A DNA stretch of 64,000 nt from Eledone cirrhosa (GCA_964016885.1 OZ024744.1:50096001-50160000), one strand, 5' to 3'; shown: positions 11,981 to 25,864, counted from the first letter of the stretch. The notes: a model not told the origin generated them from the sequence alone. Numbers and translations: made by a program.

Positions 11981-14450
11981 TGTTATACTTTGGGAGGGTC
12001 ATGTTGCCAATAAGAAACACACGCAGCAGTTGCTTTCACTTCAATTTATTATAATCAATTTATAAATTTAGGAATTTATAAATTTCCGGTTGGTTGGTTG
12101 GTTCCACAACCAGATGGTTGTTTATATAGTGTCAAAGTTCTTTCGTCACACATTCTGTGACCTCTTCAGTGACTGGGGATTCTTTTCTTTGTTTTTGTGC
12201 CTCTCCTTTGTTCTGTCCTACGCCATCTTGTTTCTGTGTGTGTGTTGTGTGCTCAGTCGGCGCAGCGCCACATCCGGATGTCTGTGTGTGTTTATATTCG
12301 TTTATTTATTTGTTTATTTACATGTTACAGGTTGGTTGTTTGTTCTATGTGCGTGTGTGTTTTCATTTTGTCCTTAATTGTAAATTGTGATGTTGCTGTT
12401 CCACTCATGTTTTCTATTTAATTTTGGTTGTAATTCTTTTATGTTTATTGCCTCTGTGATTTGTCTAAACATGGCGTCTTTTCTGTGTGTAGATTCTATT
12501 TTTATTTCTATGTTCTCTAATTTACCCTTATGTTCTATTTTAGCATGTTGGTAGAGTACAGATGATTCTTTACTATCTTGAAGGTCTCGCCAGTGTTCAT
12601 TTATCCGTTCCCCTACACTACGAGCTGTCTCACCTATGTACACTATATTATTGTCTCGACATCTTATGCTATATACTACATTTCTAGTTTTACAGTTAAT
12701 ATGGGGGCTTAATTTACAGGTTATACATTTCTTATCTATACGGGGGGGGGGGGTCTTTGAAAACGGTATGTCTTGCTAATAAGTGTTTTTACAGAGGTAC
12801 CTGGTCTTTCTACTATCTTAATATTGAGTTTATGTTTATCTAGGGCCCTTCTAAATTTGTAAGCTAATTCACCTCTAGGGGTTGTATCGATGAACATTAC
12901 ACTCTGGTATTTATTGCTATCATACCATGAGTTTATTCTATTAGCCTTATTCCTAGTTCTTTCTATTCTATTCCAAAATTTGCTCCTATACAAGGGGCAG
13001 GTCCCATTTGTGTCATTATTTACCATTTTTTCCCATTTGGTTCTGGCTCATCTATACACTCTGATTTTATCTCTCTGATTGTAACCAGAGAACTGCATAC
13101 GGTGGATGAAGTGTTGTATGTGTCTCTCTAGTTCTTCGGGGTTGTACATGCGGGACACATTCGTCATCACCCGTACCAAATCCGCAATCAGTATGTTGAT
13201 TTTGGTATGGTCCGAAACAGCTGAGTTTCGGTGGATCAGATATTTGGAAGTCATGGGTTTGGCATAATGGGAATGGAGGATTTGTTTTTTGTTATTAATG
13301 GTATCTAACCAGAGCTCTGTGTCTAGTACAGGTAATCGATGGTTGGGGTGTTTACTTGGGTAGTCTATAGTAACTCTAATGCTCTGGTGGATGGAGTTAG
13401 CTATTTGCTGGATGCTTTCCATTGTGTTTTTCTCTAGTTCCTGACTGTTCTCTAGTGGGGCTGTTTTAACTACGATGTTTATATCATCAACGTAGCGGGA
13501 GTACATTATCAGGGTTAAGGAGTCTTCTAATTGTTCTTTAAGTTTAAGTTTAAGTCTAATGTCTCACCATACCATGAATATGTTAGCTATGTCGCCTGCA
13601 ATGCTAACACCAATGGCTGCTCCTTCCTCTTGGGCATATGTTTTTCCATTAAATTTGAACATATGTTCCTTAAGGGTTAATTTTATGCTGGCCCCCACCG
13701 CATGTGCAATCATTTTCTTTAGTTCATCGTGGTTTTCGGGTGTCCGTATGGCTCTGGTCCACCCGTTCCATCTATCTGTGTGGGTTTTCTTGGCCATTGA
13801 TGTAATGGTAGGTGGTCTGCCTCTTGCTGGTCTTGTAGGGCACAGGTTGCTAAGGTCATATGTGTCTAGGTAATTGTTACTATAGGTAAGTTTAAGTAGG
13901 AGTTCCAGCTCACCGGTATCAATCCCACAGAACTCAACATTGCCCTCACTGATCATTTCTACGCATTTCTCCACAGCAAAATCCACGTCAATAGATGGAT
14001 ACAGGGACACAACATTCATACTACCTATTATGCAGTTTGTTAGGTCCTTAGATCGGTTACTCTCGCCGATTCTGCTGAGGAGGTCCTCCGTGCTGTGACA
14101 TACATCTGGGGACATTTCAATGATGGGGCGTATGATCAGGGAGAGGAAGTAGGACAGTCTGTAGTTACTAGCAATGTTAGCTCCACAGACTGGCCGTGTT
14201 GGTGGTCCCGTGACAGGGTCACTGACCGTTTTATGGTCTTTTCGAAGCCCATATAACGCTGGCACGTCATTGTTCCAGGCCTGGAAGTTGTTAGCAGTCC
14301 TTTTGTTGGGCTGCATTATATTTGTCCACATCACCATATGGGCATTGAGGGCTTTTTCTCTATCCTCATGCTCTTGTGGTGTTACTTCTCTTGTGTTAGT
14401 GATGTGGGGTTGCATTGCCTGGATGTAGTTTGGCAGACTGTCAACCAACA
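11978..14450 (-). mobile_element. Penelope-like element (YVDD type, RT plus GIY-YIG), left member of an inverted pair
   Basis: ORF pieces GAAIGVSIAG, YSRYVDD, LPVLDTELW and YIGETARSVGERINEH. 3' hammerhead at 12131-12173; the 3' end abuts (TA)n. Confidence 0.92.
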
Positions 14451-14460
14451 GAGGAAGGAA

Positions 14461-16152
14461 CAGCCATTGGTGTTAGCATTGCAGGCGACATAGCTAACTT
14501 ATTCATGGTATGGTGAGACAGTAGACTTAAACTTAAACTTAAAGAACAATTAGAAGACCCCTTAACCCTGATAATGTACTCCCGCTATGTTGATGATATA
14601 AACATCGTAGTTAAAACACCCCCACTAGAGAACAGTCAGGAATTAGAGAAAAACACAATGGAAAGCATCCAGCAAATAGCTAACTCCATCCACCAGAGTA
14701 TTAGAGTTACTATAGACTACCCAAGTAAACACCCCAACCATCGATTACCTGTACTAGACACAGAGCTCTGGTTAGATACCATTAATAACAAAAAACAAAT
14801 CCTCCATTCCCATTATGCCAAACCCATGACTTCCAAATATCTGATCCACCGAAACTCAGCTGTTTCGGACCATACCAAAATCAACATACTGATTGCGGAT
14901 TTGGTACGGGTGATGAGAAACGTGTCCCGCATGTGCAACCCCGAAGAACTAGAGAGACACATACAACACTTCATCCACCGTATGCAGTTCTCTGGTTACA
15001 ATCAGAGAGATAAAATCAGAGTGTATAGATGAGCCAGAACCAAATGGGAAAAAATGGTAAATAATGACACAAATGGGACCTGCCCCTTGTATAGGAGCAA
15101 ATTTTGGAATAGAACAGAAAGAACTAGGAATAAGGCTAATAGAATAAACTCATGGTATGATAGCAATAATTACCAGAGTGTAATGTTCATCGATACAACC
15201 CCTACAGGTGAATTAGCTTACAAATTTAGAAGGGCCCTAGATAAACATAAATTCAATATTAAGATAGTAGAAAGACTAGGTACCTCCGTAAAAACACTTA
15301 TTAGCAAGACATACCGTTTTCAAAGACCCCCCTGTATAGATAAGAAATGTATAACCTGTAAATTAAGCCCCCATATTAACTGTAAAACTAGAAATGTAGT
15401 ATATAGCATAAGATGTCGAGACAATAATATAGTGTACATAGGTGAGACAGCTCGTAGTGTAGGGGAACGGATAAATGAACACTGGCGAGACCTTCAAGAT
15501 AGTAAAGAATCATCTGTACTCTACCAACATGCTAAAATAGAACATAAGGGTAAATTAGAGAACATAGAAATAAAAATAGAATCTACACACAGAAAAGACG
15601 CCATGTTTAGACAAATCACAGAGGCAATAAACATAAAAGAATTACAACCAAAATTAAATAGAAAACATGAGTGGAACAGCAACATCACAATTTACAATTA
15701 AGGACAAAATGAAAACACACACGCACATAGAACAAACAACCAACCTGTAACATGTAAATAAACAAATAAATAAACGAATATAAACACACACAGACACCCG
15801 GATGTGGCGCTGCGCCGACTGAGCACACAACACACACACAGAAACAAGATGGCGTAGGACAGAACAAAGGAGAGGCACAAAAACAAAGAAAAGAATCCCC
15901 AGTCACTGAAGAGGTCACAGAATGTGTGACGAAAGAACTTTGACACTATATAAACAACCATCTGGTTGTGGAACCAACCAACCAACCGGAAATTTATAAA
16001 TTCCTAAATTTATAAATTGATTATAATAAATTGAAGTGAAAGCAACTGCTGCGTGTGTTTCTTATTGGCAACATGACCCTCCCAAAGTATAACAATATCG
16101 GTTTCAACACACGTTTTCAGATAAAGAATCTTGCTAAACAAATTCAGAAACG

Positions 16153-16154
<2 letters not shown>
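14461..16154 (+). mobile_element. Inverted duplicate of the same PLE (3' 1.64 kb)
   Basis: 14461-16098 is a near-identical reverse complement of 11978-13619 and shares its premature stops. Confidence 0.92.
15902..15944 (+). ncRNA. Minimal type I hammerhead motif in the PLE 3' pLTR (mirror copy at 12131-12173, -)
   Basis: GTCA-CTGAAGA-G-GTCACA/TGTGAC-GAAA-GAAC-TT-TGAC. Confidence 0.78.
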
Positions 16155-16205
<51 letters not shown>

Positions 16206-16498
16206 CATAATCGGAGAAAGCTAATAGCGATACTCCGGCCAAATTCCAACTCACTCAACAAACATTATATATATATATATACATATATATAAGCCAATGA
16301 ATAAGTGCAGGAGTCGCAAGTCGTTATAGTTTTGCTATATGAGGTTAATCCTACTATTCCTATTGTCATTACCTTTACTACCATTGCTACCACTTCTATG
16401 GTTTCCAACTCGGTTATTAGTTATTAGTTCTACAATTATTATTGTGGCTAGCCCATATAATGTCATTATTATTAATGTTATTGTTATTTCTAGCATTA

Positions 16499-16680
16499 TG
16501 GATTGGCAGTATCGGTAGAAGGTCGGACGCCATGCTTTGACGTATAGAGTTACGGCTCTTGCCATTCTGAGTTCGAATCCCGCTGAGGTTAACTTTGCCT
16601 TTCATCCTTACAGGGTCGATAAAATAAAGTACCAGTAATGTATTGGCTAATTGCTGACCTTGTGTCAAAAAGTAGAAACA
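16499..16680 (+). mobile_element. tRNA-derived SINE (same family as 5696-5880)
   Basis: Matches the family along its length; GAGTTCGAATCC B box. Confidence 0.88.
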
Positions 16681-16799
16681 ATTATTATCCTGGTTATTAT
16701 TCATGTTATAGTGACTATCAGTATTATTATAATAATTAAGGTTTCCAAGCATTCTAATGTTAGTATTACAGGAAGGTTTAATTTTAGTGAGCTTCATGT

Positions 16800-18150
16800 G
16801 GTTGCCAAGTGCTATATGATCAGCTAAGTTAGGTGTAGTCGAGTATGAGATTTTGTCATTATTTTTGTTGAGTATTTTACTCTTTGTGCATGAGGGAAGG
16901 AACCATAAAATATTACAATCTTATGAGAAGGGGATTTAGTTGAATTAGTGTCCTGAATGTAAGAAATCCTATTCCTATATCCCGATTCAGCCAGTGTGTT
17001 ATTTTAGTAATCAGTAGTGTGGTCGAAAAAGTCCTCGTTGGCCGACAGCCTCGAGATTCTGTGAGAGACGCTTGTAACTATAGAGTTAAGGGTAGAGGGG
17101 TGGTTAGAGGATTTGTTAATGTAGGAGAGTACCTCGCTTGGCTTATGGTATGGTCTATATAGACCTGTATCTAACTCTAATGTAACGCCAAGGAAGTTAA
17201 CTATCTTATGGTTAGGGTCTATAGTTACTGACGGATCGTATGTTTTAAAGAATCTATGAATATGTTTATTGAGGTTTTCTATTCTACGGGGGTTGTGATT
17301 CCTTACAGTAAATAGAGTGTCGTCTCTATATACACCTCCTTGTAGTGCGGAGATTTCATCTCTAAGTTTATGCAGGAGGTGTATGCCAACTAAGTCCGTT
17401 ACCTGTGCAGAGTCACTCGACCCCATCGTGATGTCGAAGTTATCAGGACGGTTGGCTCTGGTCCAGTATGAGTCATCGAAGTGAATAATTGTTCGTCTAG
17501 CTGCTAGTACTATGTCTATTTCATTTTTAGTTATATTGGTGTTGGACTAAGATGAGGGCTTTGTTTAGCAGTATAAGGGAGATAGAGGCGTAATAATTAT
17601 CTATGTCGAATTGTACACATTTTAGTGAATCCTTATCTTGTATATTAGTGAACCATTGATGACCTGGTCTGTATTATTCCATAGTAAAATCTTGGCCTTA
17701 TTTTTTAACACAGGTATTATTCTATCTAGGATTACTTTGTTAATTCTACCTACTATATCTAAAGTGGAGGGGAATATTAATCTCACTGAAGGCTTCTCGT
17801 TTGTAACTTTTGTCATCCTTAAGAGAGAATGTCGGTGTAAAGGGTCTGTGTATTTATCAATATTTAAGTTAGTTACTATGTTTTTACCTAATCTATTTAA
17901 GTGGTTAAATGTGTTATAAGGTGTTTTTTTTTGTTGTAATTTTTGTTTAGTTCATTAGAGAAAACTATCTAACTTATATAGGTTTTTACTTTTGTCAGAA
18001 GGTACATATAAGTGTTTATCTGTCTTAATTTTGTTTATGAGAGTGTCCAAGGAGTTCAAGAAATCATGTTCTTGATCATATCCAGCAGATCATTTTCAAA
18101 TGTGTCCAACAGGGTGTTGTATGGTGGGTTCTTGTAAGTCTTAAATCCGT
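16800..18150 (-). mobile_element. Decayed PLE RT region (YRDD type)
   Basis: MGSSDSAQVTDLVG, GGVYRDD, YRPYHKP..SNHP and SVRLIFPS..GRINKVILD. Confidence 0.85.
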
Positions 18151-18170
18151 AATATATATATATATATAGA

Positions 18171-19538
18171 ATTCACAAGAATCAAAGCTATGTTCAAAGC
18201 ATTTATTCACTTACAATTGTTTCATCCAAACCTAGGCTTGGAGTCTTCGGAGCATTTTTCAATGTTTGTACACATAATTGACCTCCTTTCCAACGCAAGA
18301 GACACACAGATACATATATATATATATTGATGTACAGTGGAGTGGCATATATTATACTATACTATTTTTGTACAGCAATTCGAATTCAAAATATAAATAA
18401 AAATAAAAATAAAAATAAAAATAAAAATAAAAATAAAAATAAAAATAAAAATAAAAATAAAAATAAAAATAAAAATAAAAATAAAAATAAAAATAAAAAT
18501 AAAAATAAAAATAAAAATAAAAATAAAAATAAAAATAAAAATAAAAATAAAAATAAAAATAAAAATAAAAATAAAAAAAATAAAAATAAAAATAAAAATA
18601 AAAATAAAAATAAAAATAAAAATAAAAATAAAAATAAAAATAAAAATAAAAATAAAAATAAAAATAAAAATAAAAATAAAAATAAAAATAAAAATAAAAA
18701 TAAAAATAAAAATAAAAATAAAAATAAAAATAAAAATAAAAATAAAAATAAAAATAAAAATAAAAATAAAAATAAAAATAAAAATAAAAATAAAAATAAA
18801 AATAAAAATAAAAATAAAAATAAAAATTAAAATAAAAATTAAAATATATTCGGCAGATAACACAGATAATGCAAGAGGATAGTTTGATAGTCAGGTCTAG
18901 TAGGTAGTGTATGCGTTAGTTACACGTGGAGCATGCAAGTGTATCTCATTTTTATACTATTATTGTGTTACACGTAATGCAAGCACTTTAAGTGGGTAAG
19001 CAAGATTATTATGGTGGTTATAGTGGTAAGGTATTTTTTGTAAAGAACATTTTTATTTTTATTTTTCTGCACACATACTTTTTTGTTCTATACAAAAAAT
19101 ACCTTACCACTACAACCACCATAATAATCTTGCTTACCCGCTTAAAGTGCTTACATTACGTGTAACACCCTGCCACACTATAATAGTATAAAAATGAGAC
19201 CCACTTGCATGCTCCACGTGTAATTAACGCATACACTACCTACTAGACCTGACTATCAAACTATCCTCTTGCATTATCAGTGTTATCTGCCGAATGTATT
19301 TTAATTTTTATTTTTATTTTTATTTTTATTTTTATTTTTATTTTTATTTTTATTTTTATTTTTATTTTTATTTTTATTTTTATTTTTATTTTTATTTTTA
19401 TTTTTATTTTTATTTTTATTTTTATTTTTATTTTTATTTCTATTTTTATTTTTATTTTTATTTCTATTTTTATTTTTATTTTTATTTTTATTTTTATTTT
19501 TATTTTTATTTTTATTTTTATTTTTATTTTTATTTTTA

Positions 19539-19569
<31 letters not shown>

Positions 19570-19887
19570 TTTATTTTTATTTTTATTTTTATTTTTATTT
19601 TTATTTTTATTTTTATTTTTATTTTTATTTTTATTTTTATTTTTATTTTTATTTTTATTTTTATTTTTATTTTTATTTTTATTTTGAATTGCTGTACAAA
19701 AATAGTATAATATATGCCACTCCACTGTACATCAATATATATATGTATCTGTATGTCTCTTGCGTTGGAAAGGAGGTCAATTATGTGTACAAACATTGAA
19801 AAATGCTCCGAAGACTCCAAGCCTAGGTTTGGATGAAACAATTGTAAGTGAATAAATGCTTTGAACATAGCTTTGATTCTTGTGAAT
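18171..19887. repeat. 1.7-kb palindrome of a pLTR-like sequence with an (ATAAAA)n array in each arm
   Basis: 18171-19049 mirrors 19084-19887 across an approx. 35-bp spacer. Arrays at about 18390-18845 and 19298-19685. Confidence 0.93.
19804..19850 (+). ncRNA. Hammerhead-like motif with variant core CCGAAGA (mirror copy at 18208-18254, -)
   Basis: TGCT-CCGAAGA-C-TCCAAGCC/GGTTTGGA-T-GAAA-CAATTG-TA-AGTG, followed by AATAAA. Confidence 0.62.
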
Positions 19888-20048
19888 ATAACTGCTCTGT
19901 AGAACAACTGATGTTATTACATTGAGCTATTTATCTTACTGGTAATAAGGTAGTAATAAATTACTGACCTTCACTGTTTAGGGTTTAAAATATACATAAC
20001 TATAAAAAGTTTTAATATATACATAACCATAAATAGTATCCCTAATAT

Positions 20049-20080
<32 letters not shown>

Positions 20081-20099
20081 TGGAAATATATATATATAT

Positions 20100-23000
20100 A
20101 TATTGATAGAATTTTACCAACATTGAATTGAAAAGAGCTGAGCTTATAGAAGGACACTAGTGAAGTAATAGACTGGTTTAAAAATATAGAAAATAAGAAA
20201 AGTCACAAATTTATTCAAATGGACATAACAAGTTACTACTCATCTATTACACCTAACCTCTTGAATAAGGTTTTGTCTAAACATACAGATCTAACTAGCA
20301 AGGAGATTAATATCATATTAACGGCTAGAAGAACCCTAATTAATTTTAATAATGAGTTTTGGACCCGCTCGGATAGGAATAGAAATTTTGACATTACCAT
20401 GGGGTCATCTGACTATGCACAAATTACCGATCTTCTGGGAATTTTTATCCTCAATATGGTAAATAGAAAATTGCCGGAGAATACCGGTGGTTTATATAGG
20501 GGTGATATTTTATTTACTGTAGTTAAGCATAGCAATACAGAACTAAATATGGTTAAGAAAACAATAATAGAATTCTTTAAAAATTATGACCTCGAATTAG
20601 AAGTTGAAAGTAGCACTAAAGTAGTTAAATTCCTTGATGTCACCCTTAATTTAAATTCAGAATTATATTACCCCTTCCATAAACCCAATGAAAACCTAAA
20701 TTATGTTAACTATTACTCAAATCACCCTAAACCCGTGAAAAATGCAATAGTCAATAGTGTTCAAAAACGCTAAACTAGATTATCCGCTACCAAATCCATT
20801 TTTGATGAAAAAGCTGGATATTATAATGAGGCATTACATAAGGCAGGATATAAAAATAATATTGAATATCTAGATAATACTAATTCGAATTATAAATTAG
20901 GTAAAAATACGAATAACATATATAAAGCGGACTCTAAAAAGTATTTAAATATAAATAAAAATAATAATGTCGTGAATAAATCTTGGAAAAAAATCAGAAC
21001 CAAAGCAGTGATCTGGATTGCACCTCCTGCATCTTTAGCTATCAAAACACCCCTGGCAAATTTATTCTTTAAGGCTTTAGATAAATGCTTTCCCAGTACA
21101 CATAAATACCATTCTATATTCAATAGACATACAATTAAGCTATCATACTCAACAACTATGAATATGGCACAGAACATTGCAAAAATAAATAGTAGAATTC
21201 TTAATCATAACCAACAAACAATTAGGGATAATGGCAATATTAACATTAGCAATAATATTGATACTGTGAATAACAATAACATTAACTTAAGCACTCGCAA
21301 CAGAACACCTTCAACTATTAGCAATGATAACGTGTACAGTTTAAATTATAATAATAACAGTAAATCGAAATGTAACTGTAGAAATAGATCGAATTGCCCT
21401 CTGCAAAATAATTGTCTTGATAAGAACCTAGTTTATAAATGTACTGTTAAAGCAAATAACATCACCTACAACTATATAGGAGCAACCTCATTAAGCTTTA
21501 AATTAAGATATTCGAATCACAAGCACTCTTTTTCGAATCCGGATAAGAAATTCTCCACCTCTTTATCACAACTCATATGGTCCTTGAAAGACAAAAAATT
21601 AGAGTACTCAATATTTTGGTCAAAACTTTGTAATAGCCAAGTCTACATAAATTCCTCCGTATCACCTAACTGCAATCTTTGTAATATGGAGACCCTATTA
21701 ATAATTACTAATTATGATAAGTTAATTAACAAAAAAAAAATGAATTATTCTCAAATTGCTTGCACAAAGCTACATCTATATTCCAAGCTCCACAAAAAAA
21801 AATCAGGAAAAAACATTGAATAAATGTGAAATGATTTAGACGTTTATTAATAACACTGAGTGTGAAACAATATTGTCTCAGATTAAAAATTCTTGTAATG
21901 CTTTTATTATTTATACTATTATTAATATTAGATTAAGGGTTTCTACATTAACATTGAAAGTGTTAACCTGATCTCTTGTTGAGTACTATGACCTTTAGAT
22001 TGTTTAAATACATTTAATTTTGGTTTTCGTATTTTCTAAATCTTATATTTGATACCTTTAATGTATTCAGGCTTGTAAACCGGTTAATTACTTTGAATGG
22101 TTATTTACGATTCACGAGGATATGATTATACATTTATAGTATAAGTTGATCCAAGTTGATAAATTTTTTGTATACTTAAATTGATGTAAAATTTTAAATA
22201 CAGTAAAATCTAGTTGAATTAAATTTATAACACTCTCAACAAAAATTATACTATATATAAGTGACTAATATCGTCTTAAACCTTAAAAGTCTATATATAA
22301 ATTATATAAATGTGTATATCTAGATAAATCTGGTTTAATAATATCTTATTAGATTCATTTATAATGCTTTATGACTTATTAATAACATTTTAATTTTAAG
22401 GTGTTTTTTTTTTACTAATATATTGATTATATGCTTGATTTTAATATACTTTTAAATATATTTGTGAATACCTTTGGAGTTATGATAGACATAAGTTTAT
22501 CTCTTTCACGTTACATTTGCTTGAACTCAGATATAATACAATAATATAAATCCTTTAAAATTATATAGTCTAAAATCTTATGTCATTTGATTAATTGACT
22601 ATTTTCAATTAACTTAAGATTTGAAAATAAACGGTCACGCATTATTATCCCCCCCCCTTATCTAATTATACGCTATTTACATGTTGCAATGCATATCTTC
22701 CTCCCTTTGATTATACGATTTAACTTATTTTCCTCTCTCTATCATTTGATCATTTCTCCCTTCTATTGTTCCTACGATCAAATCTCCTTTTTTTCTCTTT
22801 TTCTCTCTTTCCTCGTGATTTGCTATCTCGATCTATCACTTCCACTATCAACAATAATGAGGTATGAATATATTATTATTATTTAAATTTTTAATAGTTA
22901 TATAAGTTGATGTATTATATATTATTAATTATTTATATATCTTTTTACACATTCTCATACGCACCCTCTGTATTATATGTAATTTTTCATGTTTCAACTT

Positions 23001-23170
23001 AAGGTATATAAATATCGAGTTTTGTCATAACTAATCACTGCCATGACTAAATTATAACCATCAACATAGTCAAGGTATGTCAGGCATCAACTTATTTTAT
23101 CTGATGAGGACGTACTGTTAAAATAGCCCAGTATCTCTGAAATATGAATAATAAAATATATTTGATCACA
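20100..23170 (+). mobile_element. 5'-truncated PLE (RT plus GIY-YIG) with long AT-rich 3' region and hammerhead
   Basis: ORFs 20219-20773 and 20972-21823 are in the same frame, split by a TAA. Motifs DITMGSSD, CNCRNRSNCPLQNNCL and YIGATSLSFKLRYSNH. Confidence 0.9.
23093..23158 (+). ncRNA. Hammerhead motif at the PLE 3' end
   Basis: TATTTTAT-CTGATGA-10-bp stem II with one C-C mismatch-GAAA-TATGAA-TA-ATAAAATA; perfect 8-bp stem I. Confidence 0.75.
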
Positions 23171-23179
23171 TGGACTGAG

Positions 23180-23435
<256 letters not shown>

Positions 23436-23436
<1 letters not shown>

Positions 23437-23625
23437 GGAACAAGTAAGACCCCCGACGGCAGAGCTCAAGCCGTTTCGACGGCTATTTCGAGAAATAACC
23501 GTCCAAATGGCTTGAGCTCTGTCGTCGGGGTCTTACTTGTTCCTATTACCCACTCTACTACCCTAAGTATTGAGTACTTTGGTGCGTTATGGTCCATCTG
23601 GTTCCTTACCACAATTCCTTCGTTA
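23436..23625 (-). mobile_element. Second copy of the hairpin-ended element seen at 1-174
   Basis: Homologous body; imperfect hairpin at 23436-23544; TA at both ends. Confidence 0.8.
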
Positions 23626-23722
23626 TATATGTAGAAGAGATATTTAATTTGTTGGAAATCCAACAAATATAGATGTTTACAACTGATTCAGAGCACTCGA
23701 CAGCTTTTCTGGTGTAAGTATT

Positions 23723-23954
23723 CAATGATATTAAATAAATGGAAACTATATTTATAAAACCATATTTATTCTATTATATATATTTCCAGGGATAACTTGA
23801 ACCGTAAAGGTATATTATCCTCATATCAAATATTTATAAAACATTTTGTATTTTATCTGATGATAGCGTACCAACATTTTTGGTACCCTTGAAATATATA
23901 TAATAGAATAAATATGGTTTTATAAATATAGTTTCCATTTATTTAATATCATTG
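23723..23954 (+). mobile_element. 232-bp element with 64-bp perfect inverted arms and a hammerhead (23849-23910)
   Basis: Arms 23723-23786 and 23891-23954. TATTTTAT-CTGATGA...GAAA-TATATA-TA-ATAGAATA. Related copy at 52027-52170 (-). Confidence 0.78.
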
Positions 23955-24336
23955 TATATCATCGATTTCAGGGACTTGACTCCTTTTTCCTCCCGTTTGA
24001 CCTGTGCGAAATTCTTTCCTCACTCACATTTCGACCAGGTTTGATGGTCTTTATTCTTTCTCGTCCACTATTTCACAGAACTTATGTTCATCGATTTCAG
24101 GGACTTGACTCCTTCTTCCTCACTTTTCGTTGCATTACCATCTTTGTTTGTTTACTGTCTTGCTCGTTCCCCCTATTTACGTGTCCCAACGACTTTCTTT
24201 AGCCGTTGCTCGCACCAACCAGAGGTATATGGTCTTTAAAGCGATGAAATACCAATGAAGGCTGGAAGATCACTGATGAAGGACTAAATTTATTCCTATG
24301 TAACCCATTTGCAACCACGCAGCACGCCATGTTTTC

Positions 24337-24367
<31 letters not shown>

Positions 24368-24860
24368 TGGAAAATGTGTGAGATCCTTGGTACAGTTAGG
24401 TATATTTGAAAAAAGGAAAAGAATGACTTCACTTGTAGTTCTAAACAATTTGATTTCATTTTATAATATCATATTATTATGAGTTGGTAGATCTAGTAAG
24501 TTCTTTGTTAACTTCGGTGGGAAGAATTTTAAAGATTCCTGGTTAATTTTCCTGGAGAACTTTCTAGCATTCGCCGGTGGCGATTGTCAAACTGAGATTA
24601 GGTTGTGTTGTGATGTGTGACTCTATATATAAGAGAGATTTGGATGTGTCTGGGTGGCAGGGGTTTATGAGTGTGGGAGTGAAGGAGTGTTGAAGATTTA
24701 AAGGAATTAAAGCAAACACATATACACACACACACATATATATATATACATATATACACAGAAAATGGTGAATGGTGACAGCAAGATAATTGATTGGGAG
24801 TGCTGTTGGGTTTTTTAAGAGTGTTTAAGAAATGGGCTGTAAAAGTGCCCTCCTGCTGGT

Positions 24861-25410
24861 TCCATTTCAATAAATGACCTTTGATGAATATAATGGCAGG
24901 ATGTTTTTCAAATTCGTTTCTTATAGCTGAATTTAAAAGATATCCTGCCATTACATTCATCAAAGGTCATTTATTGAGATGGATCTTCAGGTCTATACGA
25001 AGGTCCGACTTCCACGCCGACCTCAAACTGTGGTACGCCGCCCAGGCTTTGCTCTTCCTCTCGACCACATCATCTTCTGTATTCCCAATCTTTGCTCCCA
25101 GATACAGGAAGTCCTCAACCAAATCTAGTGGCTTCCCGCCTACATTCATAATCTTCTCTGGCTTCTTAATATTCTCTACCAGATACTTCGTCTTAATCTC
25201 ATTCATTCTCAGCCCCAAACTCATCGACACAGTCTCCACCTCCTGCATCAACTCCTCTGCCTCCTTAACTGTGATTGTCACCAGAACTATGTCGTCGGCA
25301 AATTCAACATCTGATATCTTTTTGGCCTTAACTCTTCTGCTCTGAGCCAGTGTTAGAGTTAAGCCGGAGTCCTGGTGTTTCTCCAGCGCAAGGCGCATAC
25401 AATAGTCATA
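24861..25410 (-). mobile_element. LINE RT fragment (RTE-like) ending in a fold-back hairpin
   Basis: DVEFADDIVL, GLRMNEIKTKYL and VEDFLYLG. 24861-24915 mirrors 24929-24983. Confidence 0.75.
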
Positions 25411-25650
25411 AGTATACATATATATATATATATATATGGGATTCTTTCTCACGTCGTGTAGACGTGTTCTTGAGGCTAGTAAAATTAGGTATCCTCTTGA
25501 TAAGTCGGCAGACCTCGCAAGGACTCTATATCTTTATGATGTATTGTTTTTGTTTATGCCACGAAACTACGTAGTCGAGGAATCTAGGAGCAGTTTAGGT
25601 ATGATACATTTTATTACTAATTATATCTAAATGTTCCTTCTCTCTTCATA

Positions 25651-25682
<32 letters not shown>

Positions 25683-25684
<2 letters not shown>

Positions 25685-25799
25685 CGAAGGAGTTGTGGTA
25701 AGGAACCAGATGGACCATAACGCACCAGAGTACTAAATACTTAGGGTAGTAGAGTGGGTAATAGGAAAATGTATGACCCCGACGGCAGAGCTCAAGCCA
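25683..25799 (+). mobile_element. Third, hairpin-less copy of the 1-174 element
   Basis: ACCAGATGGACCATAACGCACC...GGTAGTAGAGTGGGTAATAGG...GAGCTCAAGCC, between (TA)n tracts. Confidence 0.75.
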
Positions 25800-25804
25800 T
25801 ACAT

Positions 25805-25864
<60 letters not shown>

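Noticed and set aside
14514-15032. In-frame TGA codons in the PLE as selenocysteine, as reported for Naiad PLEs
   Set aside because: They fall at likely Trp and Arg positions (TGG>TGA, CGA or AGA>TGA), not Cys. The endonuclease is C-terminal, and no SECIS was recognised.
18390-18845. Telomeric repeat or hairpin telomere
   Set aside because: The unit is ATAAAA, not the TTAGGG expected in molluscs, and the array is internal to a pLTR-like sequence.
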